A stretch of 58,540 bases of DNA from Actinomycetes bacterium (GCA_021838005.1 JAKCEK010000001.1:1-58540), one strand, 5' to 3'. Numbered from the stretch's first letter, positions 1-10,226 are shown. Translations and numbers: made by a program. Notes: generated by a model from the sequence alone, not told the origin.

Positions 1-1
1 G

Positions 2-217
2 ACGATCAACCAGACCCAGCTGCTCCGCGAGGCGCTGCGCGCCCACCACTTCGGGCTCGCCGAGACCGTGGAGATCCTTCGGCGCACCTGGCACGTGGAC
101 GGTCGTTCGGTTCGGCCCGACCACCGGATGGTCGCCCACACCGGCTTTCTCACCTCGGCCCGACGACTCGTCGCGACCGGCTACTCCTCACCCGAGGAGG
201 GCTCCCCCGCCGGCTGA
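2..217 (+). CDS. trmI: tRNA (adenine-58-N1)-methyltransferase, C-terminal fragment (5' part outside window)
   Basis: Frame 2 reads ...ETVEILRRTWHVDGRSVRPDHRMVAHTGFLTSARRL..., the typical actinobacterial TrmI C-terminus; stop TGA 215-217; trmI normally lies upstream of arc. Confidence 0.85.
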   Translation, partial: TINQTQLLREALRAHHFGLAETVEILRRTWHVDGRSVRPDHRMVAHTGFLTSARRLVATGYSSPEEGSPAG

Positions 218-309
218 CGGGTTATCGTCGACCCCGTCGGACCACCCGAAGCCGTCACCGCCTAGGTGCAGGGGCGGACCACCCACCCAGCGGGTCGCGG
301 TCGACGGCG

Positions 310-546
310 TCAGTCTCGAACGATGAAAATGCACTCGCCGGGACACTCCTCAGAGGCCTCGACGACGGCGTCTTCGTACTCCGCGGGCACCTCGGCCACG
401 CCCTCGGCACCGCCGGGGTTGCTCTTCACCGCGCCGTCTTGCTTGACGTAGGCGAGTCCGTCATCGAGCAGGGTGAACACCGACGGGCAGATCTCCTCAC
501 ACAGACCGTCGCCCGTGCACAGGTCCTGATCAATCCACACCTTCAT
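310..546 (-). CDS. Single-cluster ferredoxin (3Fe-4S/4Fe-4S)
   Basis: MKVWIDQDLCTGDGLCEEICP...EECPGECI; CxxDxxC plus distal CP; GGAGGA RBS before ATG at 546. Confidence 0.9.
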   Translation of the reverse strand: MKVWIDQDLCTGDGLCEEICPSVFTLLDDGLAYVKQDGAVKSNPGGAEGVAEVPAEYEDAVVEASEECPGECIFIVRD

Positions 547-643
547 CGGCTCGTCCTCCGTGGCTCCTCGCGAGGTCACTCTAGTGGCCCTCGGGGAGTA
601 TTTGTGCCCTTGACAGCGCCGGACTCTCCCCTAGGGTGAGGTC

Positions 644-2374
644 ATGGAAGGCGCACGCGGTCACGGCGGTGGCGGCTCCCAAGAACACGGATCCGGGGAG
701 CACGACTTCGTCCTAAGCGACCTCGATCAGGCCAACCGACGCGTCGAGCTGCTCGAGGAGAAACTGCTCGAAGCGCGCGGACAGTTAGCCCAGAGCCGCT
801 CGAACAACGAGAAGCTCACCATCACGATCCAGCAGACCCGAGACCAGATCGCGGCCCTGCGCGACGAGGTGGAGAAGCTCACCCAGCCGCCGGCCGTCTA
901 CGGCACCTTCATCGGCTTCAACGACGACGGGACCGTCGACATCTTCGCCTCTGGGCGCAAGATGCGCGTCGCCCTGCACCCCGGCATCGACCCCGGACAG
1001 ATGGCGTGCGGTGACGAGGTGGTGCTCAACGAGTCCTTCAGCGTGATCGGCGTGCGCCCGACCGATGGCCAGGGCGAGGTCGTGACGGTCAAGGAGGTCC
1101 TCGACGAGCGCCGAGTCCTCGTCTACGGGCGCGCGGACGAGGAACGGGTCGTCGAGCTCGCCGAGGCGCTCCGCACGATCAAGTTGCGCAGCGGCGACGC
1201 CGTGCTGCTCGACCTGCGCTCGAACTTGCTCATCGAGAAGCTCATCCGCCAAGAGGCCGAGGAGCTGATTCTCGAGGAGGTCCCCGACATCTCCTACGCG
1301 GACGTGGGCGGTTTGGACCGCCAGATCGAGGCGATCACCGACGCCGTCGAGCTGCCCTACCTGCACCGGGCGCTCTTCAACGAGTACGACCTGCCGGCCC
1401 CCAAGGGCATCCTGCTCTACGGTCCTCCGGGCTGCGGCAAGACCCTGATCGCCAAGGCCGTCGCGAACTCGCTCTCCCAGAAGGTGGCCGAGCTCACCGG
1501 AAACCGTAACGTGCGCTCGTACTTCCTCAACATCAAGGGACCCGAGCTGTTGAACAAGTACGTCGGCGAGACCGAGCGCCAGATCCGGGTGGTTTTCCAG
1601 CGGGCCCGGGAGAAGGCCGAAGAAGGCGTGCCGGTCATCGTCTTCTTCGACGAGATGGACTCGCTCTTTCGCACTCGGGGGACGGGCATCTCCTCGGACA
1701 TGGAGTCGACCATCGTGCCCCAGCTCCTGGCCGAGATCGACGGCGTGGAGTCGCTGCGCGACGTGATCGTGATCGGCGCTACCAACCGCGAGGACCTGAT
1801 CGACCCGGCGATCCTGCGACCCGGCCGCTTGGACGTGAAGATCAAGATCGAGCGACCCGACGAGGAGGCCGCTAGCCAGATCTTCTCGCGCTACCTGCGG
1901 GCGGACCTTCCGATCGACGAGCACGAGGTGCGCGAGCTCGGCGGCGGCGACGCCGACAAGGCCGTCCAGGTGATGATCGAAGAGACGGTCGATCACATGT
2001 ACCGCATCGACGACGAGAACCGGTTCCTCGAGGTCACGTACCAGGGCGGGGACAAAGAGGTCCTCTACTTCAAGGACTTCGCCTCGGGCGCCATGATCGA
2101 GAACATCGTGCGCCGCGCGAAGAAGAGCGCGGTGAAGCGCGAGATCGCCGAGCAGGGGAGGGGGCTGCGCCGCAGCGACCTGGTCGAGTCGATTCGCCAG
2201 GAGTTCCGCGAGAACGAGGACCTGCCCAACACCACGAACCCCGACGACTGGGCGCGCATCTCGGGCAAGAAGGGCGAGAGGATCGTCTTCATCCGCACGC
2301 TCATCAACCGCGAGGAGCACGAGGTGAACGGCGGACGCTCGATCCAGCACGTGGGCACCGGGCAGTACCTCTAG
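644..2374 (+). CDS. arc: Proteasome AAA+ ATPase ARC/Mpa
   Basis: N-terminal coiled coil, Walker A GPPGCGKT, Walker [18 protein letters not shown]-terminal GQYL. Confidence 0.97.
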   Translation: MEGARGHGGGGSQEHGSGEHDFVLSDLDQANRRVELLEEKLLEARGQLAQSRSNNEKLTITIQQTRDQIAALRDEVEKLTQPPAVYGTFIGFNDDGTVDIFASGRKMRVALHPGIDPGQMACGDEVVLNESFSVIGVRPTDGQGEVVTVKEVLDERRVLVYGRADEERVVELAEALRTIKLRSGDAVLLDLRSNLLIEKLIRQEAEELILEEVPDISYADVGGLDRQIEAITDAVELPYLHRALFNEYDLPAPKGILLYGPPGCGKTLIAKAVANSLSQKVAELTGNRNVRSYFLNIKGPELLNKYVGETERQIRVVFQRAREKAEEGVPVIVFFDEMDSLFRTRGTGISSDMESTIVPQLLAEIDGVESLRDVIVIGATNREDLIDPAILRPGRLDVKIKIERPDEEAASQIFSRYLRADLPIDEHEVRELGGGDADKAVQVMIEETVDHMYRIDDENRFLEVTYQGGDKEVLYFKDFASGAMIENIVRRAKKSAVKREIAEQGRGLRRSDLVESIRQEFRENEDLPNTTNPDDWARISGKKGERIVFIRTLINREEHEVNGGRSIQHVGTGQYL

Positions 2375-2378
2375 TCCC

Positions 2379-3866
2379 GTGGCCATCGCGAAAGTCGTCG
2401 GCATCGAGACCGAGTACGGCGTCGCCGGGGGACCGGACGGAGACCCGATCACCGCGTCGAGCCTCATCGTCAACGCCTATGCCCAGCAGGGGCGCACCCA
2501 CATCAACTGGGACTTCGAGGGCGAGACGCCCGACCTCGACGCCCGAGGCCGAGTGGATCTGACCTCGTTCGCACCGATCGTGGAGACCCACCTCGCCAAC
2601 ACCGTCCTCACCAACGGGGCCCGCCTCTACGTCGACCACGCCCACCCCGAGTACTCGGCCCCCGAATGCGTCTCGCCCTTCGAGGCGACCCTCTTCGATC
2701 AGGCCGGTGAGGAGGTGATGCGCCGCGCCCTCGCGATTGCGAACGACACCCTGGGCCCCGACGCCGCGATCTCCCTCTACAAGAACAACTCCGACGGCAA
2801 GGGCAACTCCTACGGCACCCACGAGAACTACCTCGTCGCCCGCGAGATCGAGTTCGCCCACCTCGTGCGCGCGATGGTGCCCCACCTGGTCTCTCGCCAG
2901 GTCATCGTCGGCGCGGGCAAGGTGGGCGCCGAGACCGAGGCCGCCGTCGACCTCGACGCGCCCTACCAGCTCTCTCAGCGCGCCGAGTTCTTCGAAGAGG
3001 TGGTGGGCCTCGAGACGACCCTGAAGCGTCCCATCGTGAACACCCGCGACGAGCCCCACAGCGACCCCGAGCGGTTCCGCCGACTCCACGTCATCATCGG
3101 CGACGCCAACCTGAGCCCCGTCGCCACCGTCGTCAAGCTGGGCTCGACGGCCCTGCTGCTGGCCGCGCTCGAGGACCTCGGCCCCGCGCTCTTCCCGGCG
3201 CCCCCGGTGGCCCCGGTGTCGGCGGTGCGCCGTTTCGCCCTGGATCTCACCCTCGCCCAGGGCGTCGACTGTGACGACGGGGTGTCACGCAGTGCGTGGG
3301 ACTTCCAGGACGAGCTGTGGCGCCTGGCCACGTTGTACGTCGATCGGACCGGAGGGAGCGCGGTCGGCCCCCCCGACCAGGTCCGCTTCGTGCTCGAACA
3401 GTGGCGCGAGATGCTCGACGGGGTCCGCGACGACCGCGACGCCGTGGCCGATCGCGTCGACTGGGTGGCGAAGTGGCGGATCGTCAACGGCTATCGCGAC
3501 CGCTACGGACTAGACCCGGGCGACGCCCGGCTCAAGGCCATCGACCTGCAGTACCACGACGTACGAACGACCCACTCACTGGCCCGACGGGTCGGGCTGC
3601 GACCGGTGGCCACCGAGGCCGCGATTCGTGAAGCCGTTCACAACCCCCCCGGCTCGACCAGGGCTTTTTTCCGTGGCCGCTGCGTGGAGCGCTACCCCGA
3701 AGAGATCGTCGCGGCCAACTGGGACTCGGTCGTCTTCGACCTCGGCGACGGCCCGCTCCAGCGCGTGCCCATGCTCGACCCCCTGAGGGGTACCCGTGCC
3801 CTGACCGAGGAGTTGCTAGAAACAAGTGCATCGGCCGCCGAACTTCTGGCGGCCCTGGACAGGTAG
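2379..3866 (+). CDS. dop: Pup deamidase/depupylase Dop
   Basis: GIETEYG, LTNGARLYVDHAHPEYS, KNNSDGKGNSYGTHENY, NTRDEPH; lies between arc and pup. Confidence 0.95.
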   Translation: MAIAKVVGIETEYGVAGGPDGDPITASSLIVNAYAQQGRTHINWDFEGETPDLDARGRVDLTSFAPIVETHLANTVLTNGARLYVDHAHPEYSAPECVSPFEATLFDQAGEEVMRRALAIANDTLGPDAAISLYKNNSDGKGNSYGTHENYLVAREIEFAHLVRAMVPHLVSRQVIVGAGKVGAETEAAVDLDAPYQLSQRAEFFEEVVGLETTLKRPIVNTRDEPHSDPERFRRLHVIIGDANLSPVATVVKLGSTALLLAALEDLGPALFPAPPVAPVSAVRRFALDLTLAQGVDCDDGVSRSAWDFQDELWRLATLYVDRTGGSAVGPPDQVRFVLEQWREMLDGVRDDRDAVADRVDWVAKWRIVNGYRDRYGLDPGDARLKAIDLQYHDVRTTHSLARRVGLRPVATEAAIREAVHNPPGSTRAFFRGRCVERYPEEIVAANWDSVVFDLGDGPLQRVPMLDPLRGTRALTEELLETSASAAELLAALDR

Positions 3867-3875
3867 AACGGAAGC

Positions 3876-4070
3876 ATGAGCGAGAGAGAGCAGATCCAGC
3901 GACAGCGCAGCGAACGCACCACCGAGGCGCCCAGCGAGATCAACGTCGACGCCACCAAGGGCGACCAGCTCAAGGCCGACCTGGATGAGCTGCTCGACGA
4001 GATCGACGAGGTGCTCGAGGAGAACGCCGAGGAGTTCGTGCGCAACTACGTCCAAAAGGGCGGCCAGTAG
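3876..4070 (+). CDS. pup: Prokaryotic ubiquitin-like protein Pup (Gln-terminated)
   Basis: 64 aa, DELLDEIDEVLEENAEEFVRNYVQKGGQ. Confidence 0.97.
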   Translation: MSEREQIQRQRSERTTEAPSEINVDATKGDQLKADLDELLDEIDEVLEENAEEFVRNYVQKGGQ

Positions 4071-4072
4071 AC

Positions 4073-4867
4073 GTGGGCCTTCCCCTGTTCCGGCCGACCC
4101 AAGACCCTGGACCCTCTTTCCTCGGACTGACCGAGGCGCTGGGCGTCACCCCGGCGTGGGGGCCGCCGGCGAGCGACGCCCCCCACGCCACCACCGTCAT
4201 CGCGGTCCGCTACACCCAGGGCGTCGTCATGGCCGGCGACCGTCAGGCATCCGGGGCCTACATCGCGAGCCGAGACGTGAAGAAGATCGGGGCGGCCGAC
4301 CGCTACACGGCGCTCGCGATCTCGGGCAGCGCCGCGCGCGGGATCGAACTCTTGAAGTTCGCCCAGCTCTCCTTCGAGCACTACGAAAAGATGACCGACA
4401 CCGCGCTCAGCCTCGAGGGAAAGGCCAACTACCTCTCGCCGATCATTCAGCGCAACAACCTCTCCTCGCCGCTGCCGGTGCTGCCGCTGCTCGCCGGCTA
4501 CGACCCGACCCAGCGGGTCGGTCGCATCTTCGAGTACGACGGGGCGGGCGGCTGCTACGAGCGCAACGACTTTGCCACGATCGGCTCGGGTTCGCCCTTC
4601 GCCGAAGGGGCCCTGCGCCTGGGATTTCGCGCCGACCTCGAACTCGAGGCCGGGTTGGAGCTCGCCGCCCTCGCGCTCTACGAAGCCGGTGACAACGACC
4701 CCAGCACGGGTGGGCCCGACTTCGTGCGCGGGATCTTTCCGATGATGGTCGTGCTCGATGCGGCCGGCTTCCGGGAGCTCGCCGCCGACGAGGTGGGCGA
4801 GCGCTTCCGCCGGATCAACGAGCGCCGGGCGGAGTCCCGGGGCGTGGCCGGCGGTGCCCTGCGGTGA
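4073..4867 (+). CDS. prcB: 20S proteasome beta subunit
   Basis: Propeptide then PHA-TTVIAV, MAGDRQA, GSGS, DNDPSTGGPD; follows pup. Confidence 0.93.
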   Translation: MGLPLFRPTQDPGPSFLGLTEALGVTPAWGPPASDAPHATTVIAVRYTQGVVMAGDRQASGAYIASRDVKKIGAADRYTALAISGSAARGIELLKFAQLSFEHYEKMTDTALSLEGKANYLSPIIQRNNLSSPLPVLPLLAGYDPTQRVGRIFEYDGAGGCYERNDFATIGSGSPFAEGALRLGFRADLELEAGLELAALALYEAGDNDPSTGGPDFVRGIFPMMVVLDAAGFRELAADEVGERFRRINERRAESRGVAGGALR

Positions 4868-5547
4868 GCAACTACTTCTACGTCTCGCCCGAGCAGCTCA
4901 TCAAGGACCGGGCGGAGTTCGCCCAGAAGGGCATCGCTCGGGGACGTTCGATCGTCGCCTCGCTCTACGACGTGGGTGTGGTGATGGTAGCCGAGAACCC
5001 TTCGGCCTCTCTCAACAAGGTCTCGGAGATCTACGACCGGATCGCCTTCGCCGGGGCCGGGAAGTACAACGAGTACGACCGGCTGCGAGAGGCCGGGGTG
5101 CGCTGGGCTGACTCGATGGGTTTCACCTACGCCCGCAACGACGTCGACGCGCGGGCCCTGGCGAATTACTACGCCCAGCACTTGGGCGACTTGTTCACCG
5201 AAGGTCAAAAGCCCCTGGAGGTGGAGGTCTTGGTGGCCCAACTGGGCAGCGACCTGCGCCCCACGAAGCTCTTCCGGATCCTCTACGAGGGCACGATCGC
5301 CGACGAACCTCGGTTCTCGGTGATCGGCGGCGACGCCGAGGTGATCCGCGAACGCTTCGCCCAAGCCGTGCCCGAGGTCGTCGACCTCGCCACCACCCTG
5401 CGACAGGCCGTGACCGCCCTCGCCGGGCCCCAGCGCTCGATCCCGATCTCTGACCTCGAGGTGGGCATCCTGGAGGACCGCGGCGAGCGCCGGACCTTCA
5501 CGCGACTCTCGGCCGACCGCATCGCGGAGTTGCTGGGCGAGGGGTAG
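4864..5547 (+). CDS. prcA: 20S proteasome alpha subunit
   Basis: FYVSPEQLIKDRAEFAQKGIARGRS, KVSEIYDRIAFAGAGKYNE. Confidence 0.95.
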   Translation: MSNYFYVSPEQLIKDRAEFAQKGIARGRSIVASLYDVGVVMVAENPSASLNKVSEIYDRIAFAGAGKYNEYDRLREAGVRWADSMGFTYARNDVDARALANYYAQHLGDLFTEGQKPLEVEVLVAQLGSDLRPTKLFRILYEGTIADEPRFSVIGGDAEVIRERFAQAVPEVVDLATTLRQAVTALAGPQRSIPISDLEVGILEDRGERRTFTRLSADRIAELLGEG

Positions 5548-5549
5548 GC

Positions 5550-6920
5550 ATGCTCCGTCGCATCTACGGCGTGGAGACCGAGTACGGCATCACCTTCTCG
5601 CTGCGGGGTCAACGCCGCCTCAGCCCCGATGAGGTCTCGCGGTTCTTGTTCCGCAAGGTCGTGGCCTGGGGACGCTCGTCAAACGTCTTCTTAGAGAACG
5701 GCAGCCGCCTCTACCTCGACGTCGGCTCGCACCCTGAGTACGCGACGGCCGAGTGCGACACGCTCGTCGACCTCGTCGCCCAGGACAAGGCCGGCGAGGC
5801 GATCTTGCGCGAGCTCGTCAGCTACGCCCAGTCCCAGCTGGCCGACGAGGGCATTCGCGGCGACATCTACCTCTTCAAGAACAACACCGACTCCACGGGG
5901 AACTCCTACGGCTGCCACGAGAACTACTGCATCGAGCGCATCGAGGACCTGAGCCGGCTGGAGAACGTCTTCATCCCGTTCCTCATCAGCCGCCAGATCT
6001 TCGCCGGCGCCGGCAAGGTGGTGACCAACGCGCGCGGGACCACCTACGCCATGAGCCAGCGTGCCGAGCACATCTGGGAGTCGATCTCCTCGGCAACCAC
6101 GCGCAGCCGGCCGATCATCAACACCCGTGACGAGCCCCACGCTGATCCCGAGAAGTTCCGGCGGCTCCACGTGATCGTCGGAGACTCGAACATGAACGAG
6201 TTCGCGACCTATCTCAAAGTCGGCACCGCCGCGGTCGTGCTCGCGATGATCGAGGACCGCCACACGGTGCTGCGCGACTACCAGATGGCCTCGCCGATCA
6301 ACGCATTGCGTGACATCTCCTACGATCTGTGGAGCAAGGAGCCGGTCAAGCTCGTCAACGGCCGTGACCTGACGGCCCTCGAAATCCAAGAGGACCTCTG
6401 CGAGCGGGCCCACCTGTTCGTCGAGACCCACGACGTGCCGGACGACCAGCGGCGCGTCGTCGGGCTGTGGCGCGAGGTGATCGAGCTCTACCGCACCGAC
6501 CCCATGGCCCTCGCGGACCGGGTCGACTGGATCGCCAAGCTCCAGATCATCGAGCGCGAGCGCGAGCGCCACGGTGTCGACCTGGCCGACCCCCGCGTAG
6601 GGCTCATCGACCTGCTCTACCACGACACGAACGTCGAGCGCGGTCTGTTCTATCGGCGGGCCGCGCGCGGCCACGTCCGCACCGTCGTCACGCCCGAGCA
6701 GGTCTTCGAGGCGACCTCGACGCCGCCCGCGACCACCCGCGCACACATGCGCGGGACCTTCATCCGCGCCGCCAAGCGCCACCGACGTGACTACACCGTC
6801 GACTGGGTGCACCTCAAGCTCAACGACGAGATGCAGCGCACGGTGCTCTTGAAGGACCCCTTCAAGAGCCACGACGACCGCTTCGCCAAGCTGCTGGCGA
6901 GCCTCGAGCGCCGGGCCTAG
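5550..6920 (+). CDS. pafA: Pup-protein ligase PafA
   Basis: RRIYGVETEYG, NGSRLYLDVGSHPEYATAEC, TVDWVHLKLND. Confidence 0.96.
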   Translation: MLRRIYGVETEYGITFSLRGQRRLSPDEVSRFLFRKVVAWGRSSNVFLENGSRLYLDVGSHPEYATAECDTLVDLVAQDKAGEAILRELVSYAQSQLADEGIRGDIYLFKNNTDSTGNSYGCHENYCIERIEDLSRLENVFIPFLISRQIFAGAGKVVTNARGTTYAMSQRAEHIWESISSATTRSRPIINTRDEPHADPEKFRRLHVIVGDSNMNEFATYLKVGTAAVVLAMIEDRHTVLRDYQMASPINALRDISYDLWSKEPVKLVNGRDLTALEIQEDLCERAHLFVETHDVPDDQRRVVGLWREVIELYRTDPMALADRVDWIAKLQIIERERERHGVDLADPRVGLIDLLYHDTNVERGLFYRRAARGHVRTVVTPEQVFEATSTPPATTRAHMRGTFIRAAKRHRRDYTVDWVHLKLNDEMQRTVLLKDPFKSHDDRFAKLLASLERRA

Positions 6921-6948
6921 CCCCGAGCCCCGGGCCTACAATGGCCCC

Positions 6949-7347
6949 ATGTTCGATCTGAGCCCGCTCAAGATCCTGATCATCGTGGCGGTGATCATGC
7001 TGGTCATGGGGCCCGACAAGCTCCCCGAGGTCGCCCAGCGCCTCGGAGCCGGCTGGCGCACGCTCAAGGGCATCCAGCAGCGGGTCGAGACCGAGGTCCG
7101 CGAGGCCATCCCGGATCTGCCGACCGCCTCAGAGCTCGCCCGGCTCGCCCGTAGCCCCGTCAGCCTGCTCAATCAGCTGGCCGACCGGGTGGCCCCGCCC
7201 GAGCCCGAGGACGAGCCCGCGGCCCCATCCGCCTCGGTCGCGGCAACGGAAGATGACGTGCCCCTCCTCGCCCCCGAGATCCGACCGAGCCCCCCGCCCC
7301 CCTCGGCCGCCGACTGGGGCAGCGTGCCGGACCCCTCGCTCAACTAG
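6949..7347 (+). CDS. tatB: Twin-arginine translocase TatB/TatA-family subunit
   Basis: MFDLSPLKILIIVAVIMLVMGPDKLPE: N-terminal TM helix, GPxxLP hinge, amphipathic helix; precedes tatC. Confidence 0.8.
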   Translation: MFDLSPLKILIIVAVIMLVMGPDKLPEVAQRLGAGWRTLKGIQQRVETEVREAIPDLPTASELARLARSPVSLLNQLADRVAPPEPEDEPAAPSASVAATEDDVPLLAPEIRPSPPPPSAADWGSVPDPSLN

Positions 7348-7353
7348 CCCGTT

Positions 7354-8082
7354 GTGTCCCGATACAGCCACGCCCAGAGTGGCATGACACTGGCCGAGCA
7401 CCTAAAAGAGCTCCGCTACCGATTCATGGTCATGGCGACGGCGGTCTTTGTCATCGGGGTCCTCGGCTTCGTCTTCTACGGCCATCTGCTCGACATCCTC
7501 CAACACCCCTACTGCGCCGCGGTGCCCGACCACTGCAAGTTCCTCGTCACTAACCCCCTCGACGGGCTGACTCTGCGGGTGAAGATCGCCCTGTTCACCG
7601 GCTTCGTGGTCGCCTCGCCGGTCATCCTCTGGCAGACGTGGCGATTCATCACCCCCGGGCTGAAGTCCAGGGAGAAGCGCTACATCGTGCCCTTCGTCAC
7701 CGCGTCGATCGTCTTCTTCGCCGCCGGGGTCGTCGTGGCCTACTTCAGCTTCGCCCACGCCATCGCCTTCTTGAAGTCCATCGGCGGTTCCTCGCTCATC
7801 ACCGAGTACAACCCGAACCAGTACCTCACGCTCTTCTTGCTGATGATGTTCATCTTCGGGCTGACCTTCCTCTTCCCGGTTGTGTTGGTCGCCCTGGAAC
7901 TCGTCAACATCGTCAACCCTCGTCAGCTCCTCAAGGGCTGGCGGATCGCCGTCATCGCGATCACCGTGGCGTCGGCCGTCTTCACTCCGAGCGGCGACCC
8001 GCTCTCGATGCTCGCCCTGGCGGTACCCCTCGTCGTCTTCTACTTCCTCGCGATCGGCGTCGGTAAGTTGCTCAAGAAGTGA
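7354..8082 (+). CDS. tatC: Twin-arginine translocase TatC
   Basis: MTLAEHLKELRYR, WRFITPGLKSREK, TPSGDPLSM; multiple TM segments (start may be ATG 7384). Confidence 0.95.
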   Translation: MSRYSHAQSGMTLAEHLKELRYRFMVMATAVFVIGVLGFVFYGHLLDILQHPYCAAVPDHCKFLVTNPLDGLTLRVKIALFTGFVVASPVILWQTWRFITPGLKSREKRYIVPFVTASIVFFAAGVVVAYFSFAHAIAFLKSIGGSSLITEYNPNQYLTLFLLMMFIFGLTFLFPVVLVALELVNIVNPRQLLKGWRIAVIAITVASAVFTPSGDPLSMLALAVPLVVFYFLAIGVGKLLKK

Positions 8083-10214
8083 CCGACTACCGCACCCACT
8101 TCCTCGGCGGGCTCGGCTTCGGCGTCGACGACTTTCAGGTGGCCGCCCTCGACGCGCTCGACACCGGCGCCACCGTCCTCGTGAGCGCGCCCACCGGCTC
8201 CGGCAAGACCCTGGTGGCCAACTACGCCATCGGCCTGGAGCTGGCGCGCCAGCGACGCTCCTTCTACACGACCCCCCTCAAGGCCTTGTCGAACCAGAAG
8301 TTCCACGAGCTCGGTCGCCTCTACGGCCGCGACGCCGTAGGGCTGCTCACCGGGGACGTGTCGGTCAACCGGGACGCCGCGGTCATCGTGATGACGACCG
8401 AGGTGCTTCGTAACATGCTGCTCACCGACTCCGACCAGCTGGCCAACCTCGGCCTCGTCGTCCTCGACGAGGTCCACTACCTCCAGGACCCCTTCCGCGG
8501 CGGGGTCTGGGAGGAGGTGATCATTCTGACGCCGCCCGAGGTGCGCTTCGTTGCGCTCTCGGCGACGATCGGCAACGCGCCGGCGCTGGGGGAGTGGCTG
8601 AGCGAGGTGCGCGGGGCGACCGAGGTGGTCGTCGAGACCGAACGCCCCATCGCACTGCGCCAGCACGTCGCCCTGGTGCGCCGGGGCCAGACCCAGGCGG
8701 AGGTCATCGAGCTCATCGACGAAGGGCACCTCGCCGAGGGCGCCCGGAGGGTGGACAACGCCCTGCGTGCAACGCGCAAGTTCCGCCCCGGGCCGCGCTG
8801 GCACGGGCCGCGCTCGTCGGCCCCGCCACCGCCTTTTCGAGCGCCGCGGCGCTCCGAGCTCATGCGGGCCCTCGAGGTCGAGGACCTCCTACCGGTGATC
8901 GTCTTCATCTTCTCCCGCGCGGCGTGCGACGACGCCGTGCATCAGCTGCGCCGCGACGGCCTGCGCTTCACGAGCCGCGAGGAGAGCCGTCGCATCGAGG
9001 CCATCGCCGAGGCGCGCCTGGCCGAGTTCAGCGATGAGGACCTCGCGGCCCTGGAGTACGCGGAGTTCCTCGACGCGCTCTGTCGGGGGATCACCAGCCA
9101 CCACGCCGGCATGGTGCCGGCCTTCCGCGAGATCGTGGAGGCGTGCTTCGAAGAGGACCTCCTCGCGGTCGTGTTCGCAACCGAGACCCTGGCTCTGGGC
9201 ATCAACATGCCGGCTCGCACGGTGGCTATCGAGCGTTTCTCGAAGTACTCCGACGCGGGACGTCAGTTCCTCACCAGTGCCGAGTACGCCCAGATGACCG
9301 GTCGGGCCGGTCGACGCGGTCTCGACGAGGAGGGCCACGCGGTCGTCTGCTTCGCTACCGACCTCTCCCTCGCCGACGTGGCCCGGGTGGCCCTCGCGCC
9401 CCCCGCCGAGCTCCACTCCTCGTTCCGGCCGACCTACAATCTCACGGCCAACCTGGTCGACCACTTCGACCGCGAGACGGCCCTCGAGGTGGTTCGACGA
9501 AGCTACGCGCAGTTCGAGAACGTACGGCGGCCCGCGGGGCGCCGACGACCCCTTGACGAGATGCTCGCGGCCCGTCACGCCGTTCTCGGCGACCTCGGCT
9601 ACGCCGAGGGCTGGCGGCTGACCGAGGCCGGACAGCTTCTGCGCTCGCTGTACCACGAGTGCGACCTGCTCATCGCCGAGACCATCGCGGCCGGGCTCCT
9701 CGATGGGCTCGAAGCGGCACCCCTCGCCGGGGTCCTGAGCTGCTTCAGCTACGAGGGCCGCCGCGCCCCGCGGGCCCACAGCGCCGCCAAGGGCGTCGCC
9801 TCGAAGAACCGGCGCTCGACTCAGGACCGGCTCGGTCCCGTCCGGCGCACCGCCATGGCCGACCGTCTCCGCGAGGTGCAGGCGCTCTACGCCGCGACCT
9901 GCGCCGCCGAGGACCACCACGGCGTGCCCCACGCCAAAGAGCCCGACGGCGCGTTTGCCACCGTCATCGCCGCCTGGGCTCGGGGCGTCGCCCTCGGCCC
10001 GGTGCTCGACCTCGCCGACGCCGAGCTCGGCCACACCTCGCCCGGGGACTTCGTCCGCCAGGTCAAGCAGGTGGCCGACCTCTGCGAGCAGATCGCCCGA
10101 CTCGGCCACCTCGGTCCCCTCTCGCGGGTTGCCGCCGAGGCCCGCGAGGCGCTGGTGCGCAGTGTGGTCGCCGGCGCGGCCAGCGTCCACCCCTACCGAG
10201 ACGGCGGGCTCTAG
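8079..10214 (+). CDS. helY: Ski2-like DEAD/DEAH helicase (HelY family)
   Basis: APTGSGKT, DEVHY, LSAT, HHAG, QMTGRAGRRG, C-terminal GDFVR (DSHCT); usual position after tatC. Confidence 0.9.
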   Translation: MTDYRTHFLGGLGFGVDDFQVAALDALDTGATVLVSAPTGSGKTLVANYAIGLELARQRRSFYTTPLKALSNQKFHELGRLYGRDAVGLLTGDVSVNRDAAVIVMTTEVLRNMLLTDSDQLANLGLVVLDEVHYLQDPFRGGVWEEVIILTPPEVRFVALSATIGNAPALGEWLSEVRGATEVVVETERPIALRQHVALVRRGQTQAEVIELIDEGHLAEGARRVDNALRATRKFRPGPRWHGPRSSAPPPPFRAPRRSELMRALEVEDLLPVIVFIFSRAACDDAVHQLRRDGLRFTSREESRRIEAIAEARLAEFSDEDLAALEYAEFLDALCRGITSHHAGMVPAFREIVEACFEEDLLAVVFATETLALGINMPARTVAIERFSKYSDAGRQFLTSAEYAQMTGRAGRRGLDEEGHAVVCFATDLSLADVARVALAPPAELHSSFRPTYNLTANLVDHFDRETALEVVRRSYAQFENVRRPAGRRRPLDEMLAARHAVLGDLGYAEGWRLTEAGQLLRSLYHECDLLIAETIAAGLLDGLEAAPLAGVLSCFSYEGRRAPRAHSAAKGVASKNRRSTQDRLGPVRRTAMADRLREVQALYAATCAAEDHHGVPHAKEPDGAFATVIAAWARGVALGPVLDLADAELGHTSPGDFVRQVKQVADLCEQIARLGHLGPLSRVAAEAREALVRSVVAGAASVHPYRDGGL

Positions 10215-10226
10215 TCTCGGTAACCC

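Noticed and set aside
218-309. Direct repeat cggaccaccc and gtcgacc/ggtcgac inverted repeat between trmI and the ferredoxin as an ncRNA
   Set aside because: More simply a terminator-like structure between convergent genes; no RNA family features recognised
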